From: Lophium mytilinum
Lineage: Eukaryota
Direction: 5' to 3'
NCBI GenBank assembly: GCA_010093605.1
Contig: MU004198.1
Location: 1,056,726 to 1,120,725 of the forward strand
Length of the DNA: 64,000 bases
In this document: positions 24,243-35,378 of the stretch, in pieces
How the letters are laid out: each line of letters begins with the position of its first letter
Numbering within the stretch: the first letter of the stretch is position 1
Program-made: the position numbers and the translations under genes
Notes under the pieces: model-generated
Seen by the model: only the letters and a program-made list of their open reading frames with translations
Told to the model about the DNA's origin: nothing
Database searches by the model: none

Positions 24243-25952
24243 CTAAGATAGAAGTAGCATTAGCTGAGCACGCACAGCCAGCAACCTGAAGGTCGCTTTC
24301 TTGGACGCGTCGACTCCTCCGAGGGCGTTACGCAATGCCTGATCAACACGACGCGTGACATCCTCAATGGTGATCGTGTTGCCAAGATGGTGGTTAGCGT
24401 CTATGATGTCCTGCTCGGAGTGGAAGAAGAGCAGAAGGAGCAACGTGGCGTCCTTATGGAGATGCGGCGCGTAACGAAGAATCGGTATTGTCTGATCCCT
24501 GTACCTCCTTATGGTGTATCGATTCAGAGATATAGCGCCCAAAGTGTCCGCTAGCTGTTCCTTCGGCATGTCAAAGGGATGATTCTTCCTGGCCTCCGCG
24601 AGGTGCGAGGCCAGGAATGGTATGGACACCTGCTCTGTCATCGCGTTGCTCTGAGCATGACCAGACGGGACGAAGGCAAGCATGGTCTCTCTAGGCTCTG
24701 CTCCGGCGCCGGTTGTTCTGCCAAGCATGATGTTCACGATGGCTCGCTGTGGGGATTCCGGCCCGTTCGTAGTTATATAGTGGCCAATGCCTCCGTCTGA
24801 GTACGCCTCTGGCACGCTCTCGGTCATATGTTCATGGATGGAGAGGCCGTATTCGATGATTTGGAGGATCAAACGTGCCTGGGGGATTCGTGGCGGTGGA
24901 GCCAGAGCCGCTCCCTGAATACCGGTGTTTTCGGTAGAGGGACCAGCATTGGGCGAAGTAGGTGCGTCCAGAATCTCCTCGGCGCTGCTATGAAGAACAA
25001 GGTCGAAGGGCGCCGGTGTGCCTGGAACCGAGATCCTAGTGCGGATGTTGTCGCTGAGCTTCAACAGAATATTCCACTGGGTCGGGAAATCTGCCCGCGG
25101 TGTGATGGAGGTAAGGTAGGTCCTGACCCTACCTTTGATCGCATTTATTGAGATGGGGGATCCGGCTTCCTTGATCCTCTCAACCATGTCATTTTGGCTG
25201 AAGAACATGAGGATTAGGCAAATAGTGGAGCGGCGCTGAAGATGTGGCGCGTATTCGATCACCTGCTGCAGGCGCGCTTTGTATCCCGTCAACACCGTAG
25301 CGTCTCCTGCCATCAAGTCTTGAAGAACCTGCTGCAGCGACTCCTTGTTGAATGGGTGTGCCAGCAATGCTTTCGCGACGTTGACAGCGTCCAAGTCAAG
25401 AGTAGTCACCAGCTCCCTCCTACTCTTTTTGTTTCCTGTGCCTTGCCGAATGAAAGCTAGCATGGTGGGTGTGGGAACTTCCTCCTCGGTAGAGGTGGAA
25501 GGAGCCTGCTGCTGTGCCGAGTTGGAAAGCTGTTGCAGAGCTGATTGGACCGCATCTCTCGGGTCATGAGAAATATGCTCGGGAGCATTAGGTATCACCT
25601 CCGCAGACGAACGTTGCGCATCCACAGTCGCAGGAAGAAGCTGCTGCACCTCTAAGCCAGGCCGCAGAATATATCGACCTACATCCAATCGTCCAGTGTT
25701 GAGAGGTATATTATTAACAGCGTGCTCCTCTGCTTTCATGCCGTCGGCGACGATGAGACCTATCACTTCCCTCCAGTTTTCCGGGTCACACACGAGTAGA
25801 TTTTGTTCTTTTGATAACTTGTTGTTCGGGTGCGCTCGAGTGTACTGCTCGCCAGACCTGACAAGCTCCCAGTCTGTCGCGTTGATGGCTTTCTGGTTGC
25901 CTTGCGCCTCGGACGTCTCGGCCATGGCATCTGCGGAAGTGTTGTCGTTCAT
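24243..25952 (-). CDS. Uncharacterised 'APHL-domain' protein, paralogue C, with two tandem copies of the domain
   Basis: Copy 1: GMKAEEH..GRY..HPFN..QDLMAGD..VIEYAPHLQRRSTICLILMFFSQNDM. Copy 2: IIEYGLSIHEH..GHY..HPFD..ILRYAPHLHKDATLLLLLFFHSEQDI. First ATG is at 25952; the ORF is open to 26129. Confidence 0.8.
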   Translation of the reverse strand: MNDNTSADAMAETSEAQGNQKAINATDWELVRSGEQYTRAHPNNKLSKEQNLLVCDPENWREVIGLIVADGMKAEEHAVNNIPLNTGRLDVGRYILRPGLEVQQLLPATVDAQRSSAEVIPNAPEHISHDPRDAVQSALQQLSNSAQQQAPSTSTEEEVPTPTMLAFIRQGTGNKKSRRELVTTLDLDAVNVAKALLAHPFNKESLQQVLQDLMAGDATVLTGYKARLQQVIEYAPHLQRRSTICLILMFFSQNDMVERIKEAGSPISINAIKGRVRTYLTSITPRADFPTQWNILLKLSDNIRTRISVPGTPAPFDLVLHSSAEEILDAPTSPNAGPSTENTGIQGAALAPPPRIPQARLILQIIEYGLSIHEHMTESVPEAYSDGGIGHYITTNGPESPQRAIVNIMLGRTTGAGAEPRETMLAFVPSGHAQSNAMTEQVSIPFLASHLAEARKNHPFDMPKEQLADTLGAISLNRYTIRRYRDQTIPILRYAPHLHKDATLLLLLFFHSEQDIIDANHHLGNTITIEDVTRRVDQALRNALGGVDASKKATFRLLAVRAQLMLLLS

Positions 25953-27165
25953 AGCGGATACGCGCTGTGGTCTGCCGTGAGAAGTTGTAGGGGAGGACTT
26001 CGAAGCAAGACGACCTTTTGTTCGCACGACGTTGAATGGGTGTATGGGGCTGTAGGTGTCGTGGATCAGGTAAGTCAAGGTTGAGAGTTTGGTGCGGAGA
26101 AGTTGTCTGAAGTTTAGCTGTTGTTCCACTCTAAGAAACGCTCAGAAGCGAAATAAGCCGCCGGTCATTATGTAAGCGCAGCGATACTTGAGCAGATAGC
26201 GCCACCATCATCACTCCCCAGGCCCGAATCTCGCGTATATGACAGCAACATACATCTCCGTATTTTCAAACTCACTAAATCTTGCTCCATCTCCAGCTGT
26301 CCTGAGTCGCGCACTCGATTAGCAGTGTGTTCGACCATGTAAGGGGCATTGGGCCCGCGACAGGCTACCCGCCGGCGCACGGCGTCAGGACTAGTTCGAA
26401 CGCCTATTGCTTGGATTAAACTGCGAATTGCCTCTTACAGATGACTAGAATGTTCTGTTAGAGCTGCTCCGGCAGACAGCCACGCCAACGGAGTGAACCT
26501 GATATAGTTCAGGTCCGACACTTCAAGGAGAACTCATGAAAGGAGGACTGTACGGCCAAGGAGCCTTTTCGCTGAGTACATAAACAATGTGGCGAGCTCA
26601 CAATCGAATGATGGCTTAAAGGTGAGGAAGTTAGGTTCTCGATGTACCATACATGAGCGCTGAGCGGCAATAGCAGGGAGAGTAATCATAACCAGACGTG
26701 GAGCCAAAAGCTGATGTATTGATGAAGGTGAGGCAGGTAGCTATTTGAACAGAAGGAGGAAAGATATACTGGGGTTTTGTAGAGCAAGAACTCATTCCCA
26801 ATACATACAAAGGAGAGGACAGTAAAAGATGAGTCGACCTATGCTATGCTCTTTTGACTTTGACTCCCCCTTCTTTTTTCCAACTTTCTTTGCTAGCTTC
26901 TCCGCCTCCTTCGCCTCTTTCTTACCCTCACCCTTCTTCTCTTCCTGCTTAAACTCCTTATAGGGCTTAAAACTTTGTGCGGCAGACTGGTCTTCTTTCG
27001 TCTCCAGGTCAGAGCCTACTTGGGCAGTTTCTGGCTCCTGAGTAAGCGGCTAGATAGGAAGGGGTCCGACACGGCGTACAGTACCAAGGTAGTCGAGGCG
27101 GTCGAGCTGTATAGGGCGAGCTGTAGTGTAAAGGTACCGGCGTTTGAGGTAATAGTGGGCGGGGG

Positions 27166-27690
27166 TGTTGGATGAAAAAGCACGCCCCGCCTAAGATTAG
27201 GGGGCCCGGAAAATAAGCGACGTTATATACTCCAACACGCCCCGTAATGGAGCTGTGAGAAGGTTTCAAGTGGCAAAAAGCGTTGTAGCTTGATAATTGG
27301 GGTTGATTAATTGGTGGAAAGATGCAAAAGCGCACCGAGAGATGTATAATATTATGATATTTATGCATAGAGTTATGCTTGTTCCTCCTAGGAGGGTAGG
27401 GAGTGTTTTTTCCCTTTTTTTTTAGAATATTAATTTTTGTGTAGGCGGGACGAGTTTCCATGCAGTTGCGGAAAATCGGAAATTAGTCCTGGTAAAAGAC
27501 TCCCAAGCTGCCTTGTGTGCGTGTCGAACCCGTAAGTTGGTGTTCGCGCTGGCTAGTCATGGGTGTAGTCTGGTGTGCTAACCAAGTGGACCATCCGGGG
27601 GCAACCGGGCTCATAACCTGTTGGATGAAAAAGCACGCCCCGCCTAAGATTAGGGGGACCGGAAAATAAGCGACGTTATATACTCCAACA
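27166..27690 (-). mobile_element. Complete miniature non-autonomous Copia-type LTR element (TRIM-like), 525 bp
   Basis: Two 72-bp LTRs (27166-27237, 27619-27690) differ at 1 position, each with TGTTGGA...TCCAACA termini. PBS GGTTATGAGCCC lies on the minus strand at 27607-27618, and a short purine-rich tract (ACGGGGCG) abuts the other LTR. 5-bp TSD GGGGG. The 381-bp interior has no gag/pol motifs. Confidence 0.9.
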
Positions 27691-28845
27691 GGGGGTCGGT
27701 TTGCGGTCGATCGGCGGAATTCAGTGATCGAGGCTGGGGAAAGGGGGTACATAAGTGCAGCGCATGGAATTGATAAGGGATGTCCGGTCATGGGGAATAA
27801 CTTGCGAATAGGGTCATAGTCGTGTATAATGTGAAGAAAGGCGGCGTAAGGATGGCGGGTGTAGACTATTAAGGTGATTGCGCGTAAGGGCGGCGTTACA
27901 GAGTACATATCTATCACTGCATGGTGTCTATGTTGCTCAATGAAAATGGCCGTAGGGGGTAGCCCCGCGGCTAAGAACCCACCCAGTCTGGAAGCATTTT
28001 ACTTTGCACTGCTTGAAACTCAACAGCCCGTGGTTCTTCAGAATCCCGTGGGGGTACCCCAAGCAATGGTGAACAGTGTGCAAGATACATATGGCCTGTC
28101 TCTGGAATGGGTATGGCAAACGCAGAGTTTTGAAGTGGGATGGTAGCAATTATCTCGGTTTACAGCACGAATATCATATAAATAAAAGTTTGTGTTCTCA
28201 GCAGTCTATGGCACTATGCACTGAAGCTCATGACAGTATCGAGCGATGACATTTTACAGGGCACAAGTTTGGGCCGATATCCTGTTATCTAGTCCTGTTT
28301 TACAAGAAGAATCTAAGGCACCACGAACAGCGGCAAGGGGGCTGATAGTCTACGCGTGAATATTTTCTAATTCAAGCTCTCACAGGTTAGACATCTTGCT
28401 GAAACCTTTTGACCGCGTTGAGACACCTCTAACGGTTGCGAGCAAGGATACCCGGACTTTCCTCAAGGCACTGCGATACAAATCAACCACCCGGACTATT
28501 TGAGTTGCTGCTTCTTGTACCTAAGTAGCCCCATCACTCGGTAAGCCTGTTCACGTTACTCTTATTGGACACCATCCAGATTCCCCCGTTAAGCCTGAGC
28601 CTTGAAAATTAGGTAACCCTTCACTCTATGTAAACTCCTCTTCAGCCCATGTGAATTGCCTGTTCATGAAGTTGGTGTGCAGCCCCTTTCCTTAACCTAG
28701 TACCAAGTCTTCTCATTCAGCATGTACCGTCTTTTCTCACCATCTGGCTTCGTTTCTCCCTCTTCCATGCTTCCCCTTGGCCCTCTTGTGTCCTGCTATA
28801 CATACCGCATAGATCCGCCCCAAGGCTTGAACCTCAAGAAGTCAT

Positions 28846-29805
28846 TCAAAAGAGCGTCGAACGGAACCACTTCTGGGGGATCCTCCCGCTCTGCGCCAAG
28901 TCCCGGAGCGCTTGGACAGCAAGCGGCGCCGGTATCGTATCGTCTTGCAGCCTTTTCCTCACCCGATACGCCCCCATGAACAGAATCCGCTTCTCTACGC
29001 GCACGTCGGGCTTTCCAAGTATCATCTTCAAGGCGCGCTCAATCCGGTTGTCTATACCAGGGCGTTCGATATAGTTCCCAAGCAAGCTCAAAGCTTGCGC
29101 AATGTCTTCAGTGTCTCGATAGAGGAGGATGAGACAAAGGGTAGCCCCCTTCAGCATCAGGTGTGGCGCGCTGCGCAGCATCTTCCGGACGCAGGTGTCG
29201 TGTTTCTTGAACGCCGCAGCGTCTCCGCACAACACGTCGGCGAGGAGCTTTACGGGAGACACGTCGTTGAATGGGTGTTTATCCACCGCACGCACGAGGT
29301 CTTTTGCCGCAATCGGGGCCAGATTGACGGACATCGGTGATTTGGCGAACTTCACTGTGATAGGCGGGGTAGAGTAGAGGACGATGCCGGCCACGATCCG
29401 TCGAGTGTCGTGTGTTCCGGCCGCCCAGTCCAGAATAGCCAGAGATGCACCTCTGGGGTCGCCGCCGGTCATGCGGTAGTATCCGGCGCGGCATGCACCG
29501 TGCTGCAGATGGAAGAGTTGGTGCTCGCTGTGCTCGAGACCCCACTCAATGATCTTTGCGAGTAGCACGGCTAGGTTCTCCGGATCGACGAACTCTTCAT
29601 TCTCCTCGGCCGTGTAGTGGGCCTTTCGGGTGCCTGGGGCGCGAGATCTCTTGATAGCCTTCTTGGCAGTAGCAGATTCTGAGACAGTTAGCGGATCATT
29701 GCGCCCATAGTGGGTAAGATTGTGCGTACTGTGTGTGGCTCTGCTGACCTGCATAGCCGGCACGTCGGGCTGCACGGGCAAGGAGGGGAGACCAGACGCA
29801 GACAT
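28846..29805 (-). CDS. Uncharacterised 'APHL-domain' protein, paralogue D
   Basis: LLAKIIEWGLEHSEH..GYY..HPFN..ADVLCGD..MLRSAPHLMLKGATLCLILLYRDTEDI..GNYI..NRIERAL..RLQDDTIPAPL. First ATG at 29805. Confidence 0.8.
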   Translation of the reverse strand: MSASGLPSLPVQPDVPAMQVSRATHSTHNLTHYGRNDPLTVSESATAKKAIKRSRAPGTRKAHYTAEENEEFVDPENLAVLLAKIIEWGLEHSEHQLFHLQHGACRAGYYRMTGGDPRGASLAILDWAAGTHDTRRIVAGIVLYSTPPITVKFAKSPMSVNLAPIAAKDLVRAVDKHPFNDVSPVKLLADVLCGDAAAFKKHDTCVRKMLRSAPHLMLKGATLCLILLYRDTEDIAQALSLLGNYIERPGIDNRIERALKMILGKPDVRVEKRILFMGAYRVRKRLQDDTIPAPLAVQALRDLAQSGRIPQKWFRSTLF

Positions 29806-30523
29806 TGTGGAAGCAGTTGGCGGAGTTGCAGACCTTGTAGACGAGGTCGTGTAGTAGTGACAAGGATGCAGGATGGTGAGTGTCGATGTTGGTTCGAGGT
29901 TGTGGGGACAGGACGTGCAAGCGGATGAAGATCTGGAACTGATGGTCAATTGTATCGTCAGCCACGCCACTTAAGCAAGCAGAATAGGACTAGCGATGAG
30001 GTTTTCTTGCAAGATTCCTTCACTCACCTATCAATTGGATCGAGCCTTGAAGACTGGAGAGGGCTTGCGTCGTGCGAAGTGTCAAGAAACGCAGGGGCCT
30101 TGATCGGGCGAGACTGTGTACTGTCAGTGACGCGCACTACAAGCATCTATAAGCAAGAGGCGTACCCAATGGCAAAATCTTGAAGTTAGGAGGGCTTTAA
30201 ATGGCCTCGCTAATTTAGATATCGGTGAGAAGAAGTCCGAGCGCCCAGTAGTCACGGTTTTGCTGTCGCTTTTCCGCAGGGTAAAGCCCATCGAGCTCCT
30301 CCATCCTACACCCCACCATCCAACATCACCAATATCCAGCTTCAAATTGACAGCATCATCTACAGTACGTGAGATCCCCACCCAAATTTAGACCTTGATT
30401 TAATGCGTTGGACGACCTGCTGACACTGCGCGAAGACCTTCAGATCCTTTCCCGCTCCTCCAAGCCCCACAACCTGCCGCCACAATTTCTGCTGCCTGTC
30501 TCCAAGATCCATTTCCTGGAGCC

Positions 30524-30873
30524 ATGTCTGAACCAAACACGTAAGCTCCTCCCTTTCCTCTTCATATCCAGGCAATTTCCCATTCCTCTGGATGAAAACT
30601 TGCCGGCGTCTGGGGGTCACCAACCCATCGCCGCCGACCCCGTCAAAACAACTCTACCATCTCCGCAAATCAAGCGCGCTGATAAACTACAGCCCTCCGC
30701 CCGCCAGCCCAGTCCCCCCTCCCTGCCACCACAAGTTCAAGATCGTAGTTTCGGAGATCGGTTCGGCGGTGGTGTTCGAGTGTGCGCTCTGCCACAGCGC
30801 GCCGCACTGGTTCATCTTCAAGTGCGAGCACTGCCAGATCAAGACGTGCCGCCCATGCACGTACAAAGCATAG
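30524..30873 (+). CDS. Small Cys-rich putative zinc-binding protein (~65 aa), intron 30541-30692
   Basis: Spliced product MSEPNTPPPASPVPPPCHHKFKIVVSEIGSAVVFECALCHSAPHWFIFKCEHCQIKTCRPCTYKA has three CxxC pairs plus CxH. The GTAAGC donor and GCTGAT..CTACAG acceptor keep the frame. Confidence 0.65.
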
Positions 30874-33260
30874 ATGATTTCAGTATGTACTTCCTAGATG
30901 TGAGTAGTTCAGGGTGGTCCTAATGTGTTATGCGTTCAGGCAAGAAGCTCGCGGGACCAGAGAGATTTGGGAGGGGAGATTCTTTAGGTTGGCTCTAGCC
31001 TTCAGTGCTGCTCAATGGAGGAACTGGTTTACTCTATAGGCGTGTTGCGTTGGCTAGCTTCGGGGGGCGAGATTATGTGGAAGCGGCAGACCTCATAGAT
31101 ATCAGAATGAAAGCACTGTTCTGATCACTACATACAATGTGCCATTAAAGCAAGCTTTTCGACGAGACCGGTGAAATTATAGCATATGACTGTGGTTTCA
31201 TCCCACAGCGTCCCCCATGTACGCACTGCTGCAGTTTCGTCTCCCTCTCCCTCTGTTCCATTGTCGTCTAACTGATCTTCTTCTTCCTCGTCTCCCTTCG
31301 CAAAATCAGCGCACGCATTCTGGACTTCTTGTGCTCAAACTTCCCTGCCGCCAGCCTCCTCCTGAAGTCGGCCCTATACCAGTGCGGGAGAGAGCGAGGC
31401 TTGCAGTCTCCGTGGCTGATAAGACAGTGTCCGAAGCCTGTGAGATGACAAAGCCTGTGGCCGCAGTCGCACTGATGAAGTATCAAAAGGGCAGAGAAAG
31501 GCGGAATGTTTCCATGCGAATGGAAGGGGAGGAAGTCGAGCTGACGGCCCGGAGTGGCATGGCGACCGCGCCTAAGAGTAGACCTACGGTTAGCTTTGGG
31601 AGATTAATTCAGTGGGGTAGGGGGTATACCTCTGCTCCCAGCTTACTTACCGGTGCCTCCGATGGTCGCCGTAGTCCCAGCGACAAGGATGAATCAGGAG
31701 TTGTGGTATCGGAAAGGCTCCCCGTGCGCATCCAATGTGCATGCTGTGCGGCGAAGAGGTCCTTCTACCGCAGCTGGATGGGGTAGCTGTTCCGCTCGTC
31801 GATGGCCGCAGATTGCTGCCCGCTGAAGAAGCCGGCGAGCTCGGGGTGTAGGGGGAGATCGGTTGCGGTGCGGGTGGATTGTGACTCCGCGAGCGAACGG
31901 GTAACGGAGCTGGTGAAGGAGGAGCATGCCGGCGAAGCGTCAAGCAGAGGGGACGCGGGATGCTCGAATGCTGGCTGGCGGGTGTAGTGGATGCCGTGAT
32001 GGGGAGGAGAGAGGCAGGCTGGTGCGCGGGGATGAACGGTTGGTGGGGAGCAGGGAGGAGAGGATACTTAAACATTCAGGAGTGGAGTGCACTGCGCAGA
32101 TCTGGAGGCATGGATAACCAGAAACGACATCTGTTCTTTGCAGTTTAGAACGAGCAGAATGGAGGTGGTGGGAGAGGACTTGGTTGGGAGGCGATGGTCG
32201 CCCAAAGCGGGACTGCGGGCTTCAAGTGACGCGAATGGGACAGGAAGCAAAGATGACGAGCATTGCTACTTGAGGTTCTACTTTCATAGTTGTGAACACA
32301 AATAAGAAAGAAAGTCTCTTCTTTCTAGCCGCTTTTCGGCAGAATGCATGGACACTGCTTTGCAACGCAAGACAGCTGTCGGGCAATCCCTTTCAGGCCC
32401 TTACCACCTGATAGAGGCCTTTTGAGGCCTCCTGAGACTGCACAGTTGACCAGGGCCGAATCCTTATAGAGCCAGCCTGATGGCGTCGTGGTGGGTTAGC
32501 AATGGTGCGAAGAGCCTGCGGTACGGGGGCACTGTTGCGAATCGCCTCACAACCGGAGGCGCCCAGCAATCTTTTTGCCCAAAAGCGCGTCTTTCGAGCC
32601 TCACCACCAACAACGCCATCAATTCCTTCATCTAAGAGCTCAAAAAAAGCTTCCTAGACGCAGAAAAAAGCTTATAGCCTAAAGTGACATCAAAAGTGCA
32701 AAACACCACCCCGAAGGGCGTAGCCACCATCTCAGAAATGACAGTTTCTCTAAGGATCGAACACTAGGCCTGGAGGGGGTTGTTAGCGCTATTCCGAATG
32801 GAAAGTGTGTGCACGTGTGATGACGGGGAGAAAGTAACTACAGCTACTATCTACCATCCAAGCCATCGAGGCAGCCTGGCAATGCCGTGCCTCCATTGGT
32901 GGGGATATTGGGGCTCCGAAAAATAAAAGCTTATAACGTATGAGTCCGCACTAAAAGGGTCAAGTGGGCTTACCGAGGGGAGCATAGCACTGCACAGCTA
33001 CACGTGCACCTGCACACGCAGCGTGCATATCTCGCATGCACGCCTTGCCTTCGCTCACTGAAGAACTGCTGCTGCCAGGCCGTCATCAGCACCCACCCTT
33101 CTCGCCCTGTATGAAGTCCTTCTCTTTCTTGGACCGAGCCCGCAACCTCATCACGCAGCTCCACGCCGACGCCGCCAACAAGCTCTGGTCGACGCCGCCA
33201 ACAGCTCTCATCACCGTCGTCAACAGCCACCGCCAACAGCTATCCGCCGACGCCACCACC

Positions 33261-33656
33261 ATGCGTCCCCGGCAACACCACCCCACCGCACTCCTCCTCT
33301 TCCTCCTCCTCTTCCACTTCTTCATGGCCGCCCTCGCCCACCCGCCAACCCTCACACCACCACTCCCTCACCACGTCGCCCACCACGCCTCCCGCGCCGC
33401 CCGCACCACCAGCGACGGCAGTAGCAGCAACAGCAGCTCCCACGCCCCCGCGCCAACAACACCAAAGCCTACAATAGGCCCCATCCCATCACCGCCGGCG
33501 ACAATGGCTCTGACCAAGCCGCCCCTCACCAAGCCCACCGCGTATGTCAACATGCGGCTGAACAAGCACCTGAGCGGCACGAAGCGGCAGGAGTACGTGC
33601 GGGAGAGGGCGGCGTTTTATAGGAAGGAGGGTTATGAGGTCGAGGTTGTGTGGTAG
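33261..33656 (+). CDS. Small putative secreted protein (131 aa)
   Basis: ATG in CACCACCATG context. Signal-peptide-like LLLFLLLFHFFMAALA, Pro/Thr/Ser-rich linker, short globular C-terminus. Confidence 0.55.
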   Translation: MRPRQHHPTALLLFLLLFHFFMAALAHPPTLTPPLPHHVAHHASRAARTTSDGSSSNSSSHAPAPTTPKPTIGPIPSPPATMALTKPPLTKPTAYVNMRLNKHLSGTKRQEYVRERAAFYRKEGYEVEVVW

Positions 33657-33744
33657 ACTGGGGAGCCGGGGGGGGAGGGGCTGCGGAAGGAGTAGGAAGT
33701 GTTTGGGCAAGGGGGGTTTTGCAGAAGAAAAGGGGGAGTTTCAG

Positions 33745-33835
33745 GCTTGGACAGCAAGTTCTGTTCAGGGGGGCTTTGTATCTCGAGGAGCGGCTGTGCG
33801 ACGACTCTATCCCTGCGCCGTTGAACCTCGGGGAA
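33745..33835 (+). pseudogene. Relic of the C-terminus of an APHL-domain paralogue, inverted relative to paralogue E
   Basis: Encodes LGQQVLFRGALYLEERLCDDSIPAPLNL versus LEQKILSKGALFLEKRLYDDTIRAPLEL in E. Nucleotide similarity to the reverse complement of ~34660-34745 is visible. Confidence 0.7.
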
Positions 33836-34616
33836 ATTGGAGGGAGTGTAGGATAGGGGTAGATGTTCAATGGATCTTGATGCGTGTGAAAATGGTTTGA
33901 GGGCGCTCTGGAGGTAGTGAAGTGATGGTGTGGTGGATGTCAAGCGCGTCGGGCTGTGAATTGACTGTGCCTTGGATTGATCTCTTTGTGTGATGGAGGC
34001 CGGCGTCAGGGGCGCTCTGTCGAGAATTTTGAGGTATGGAGTAGCTGCTCACTCCGAGAGGCTATAGATCAGGTATGCATCGAATAATGTAAGGATGGCA
34101 GGCGCCGCCGTGAGGGGCGCCCTGGGTATTGTTTATAAAGACGGAGCAGACGTGAAGGTTGCTGGATTTCAGAGTGAAGAGGCGCCGAGTCCGTAGAGCT
34201 ATATAGCAGCTACCGCCGTCAGGGGTTCCCCCTGACCAGCTTCCCAGATTAGAGTAGTCCCAAAACTGCACGGCCGTAGATCACCTTGGCGTTAACTCTT
34301 CAGATACTACCGGGACGCGAGAGGGTGACTTCAAACCGCAAAAGCTTAAACATCCGACAATACTCGACGAGCTTCACGGCTTTCTGATTACAGTTGGGGG
34401 GGGGAAGCTTAGAGCTGAGAATCTTGACCTCGCAAGATATGCATACCGAGAACCTTTCGCCAAATCCTTCGAAACTCACACCCGCAACCATTGTCTCTGC
34501 AAGCCCCTTTCTTCTTGATTATCTTTTGACTCTTCTCCACGGCATACCCTGACTCCCAAAGACTGACTCACCATTCCACCACGGTCCCGAGTGTTGGCCT
34601 ACCGGATTGCTTATGT

Positions 34617-35378
34617 TCAGCGGGGGATGTTGTAGGCTTGCATAGCAATTTGCAGAGATGCTAGTTCCAACGGCGCACGGATCGTATCATCATATAGTCG
34701 CTTCTCGAGAAACAGAGCCCCCTTGGACAGAATCTTCTGTTCAAGACTGACATCTGTTTCATCATAGATAGACCTTAGTGACATTCTGATTCGGTTACTG
34801 ATGGCACCAGCGCCTATTGAATTGCCTTGCTGCGTGACGGCGGTCGCAATTTCTTGCGTAGTATACAGCATCCGAAGAAGACAAAGGGTGCCGCTCTTGG
34901 CTTGAAGATGGGGCGCGTACTCGAGTATGGCCTTGAGGCGATATCTATATTCGTTGACGACCACGGTGTCCCCGCACAAGATGTCTTCGACAATCTTCTC
35001 GGCACTGTAGGTATTCAGAGGGTGGCGAGCTACGGCTTTGGCAATGTAGGCCACTGGGATCGCTCGTAGTGGAGGGTCGATGCCGTCCAACACGTCCGAG
35101 GGTGAGTATTCCACAAATACCGTGGGGTGGTTGCGATAGTCATGCACAACGTCGACCGGATCCCGCCCATTGTTGCCCCCAACAATCTTGTAGTACCCGG
35201 TATCCGCGCTCGCGTGCTGCATTATACTGACATCGTGCTCCCGGTTGTGTTTTGCGAACCGAAGTATTTTGTACAGCAAGTCAACTAGCTCCCCGGGGTT
35301 CTTCAATCTCCATTTTTGGGCAGCTGACAATCTGGCCTTGCGGCTCGTCTCGCCAGTCTGCTGTGTATTTGCTGACAT
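34617..35378 (-). CDS. Uncharacterised 'APHL-domain' protein, paralogue E (253 aa, essentially domain only)
   Basis: LLYKILRFAKHNREH..GYY..HPLN..EDILCGD..ILEYAPHLQAKSGTLCLLRMLYTTQEIATAVTQQGNSIGAGAISNRIRMSL. Confidence 0.8.
   Translation of the reverse strand: MSANTQQTGETSRKARLSAAQKWRLKNPGELVDLLYKILRFAKHNREHDVSIMQHASADTGYYKIVGGNNGRDPVDVVHDYRNHPTVFVEYSPSDVLDGIDPPLRAIPVAYIAKAVARHPLNTYSAEKIVEDILCGDTVVVNEYRYRLKAILEYAPHLQAKSGTLCLLRMLYTTQEIATAVTQQGNSIGAGAISNRIRMSLRSIYDETDVSLEQKILSKGALFLEKRLYDDTIRAPLELASLQIAMQAYNIPR

Noticed and set aside
27009..27917. ORFs 27009-27461 and 27483-27917 sharing VGVYNVAYFP..LILGGACFFIQ
   Set aside because: The shared peptide is just the translated LTR, not a protein repeat.
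31217..32305. Possible spliced gene on the minus strand (GTAAGT donor near 31650, CTAAC branch)
   Set aside because: I could not build a convincing single reading frame or recognise a domain.
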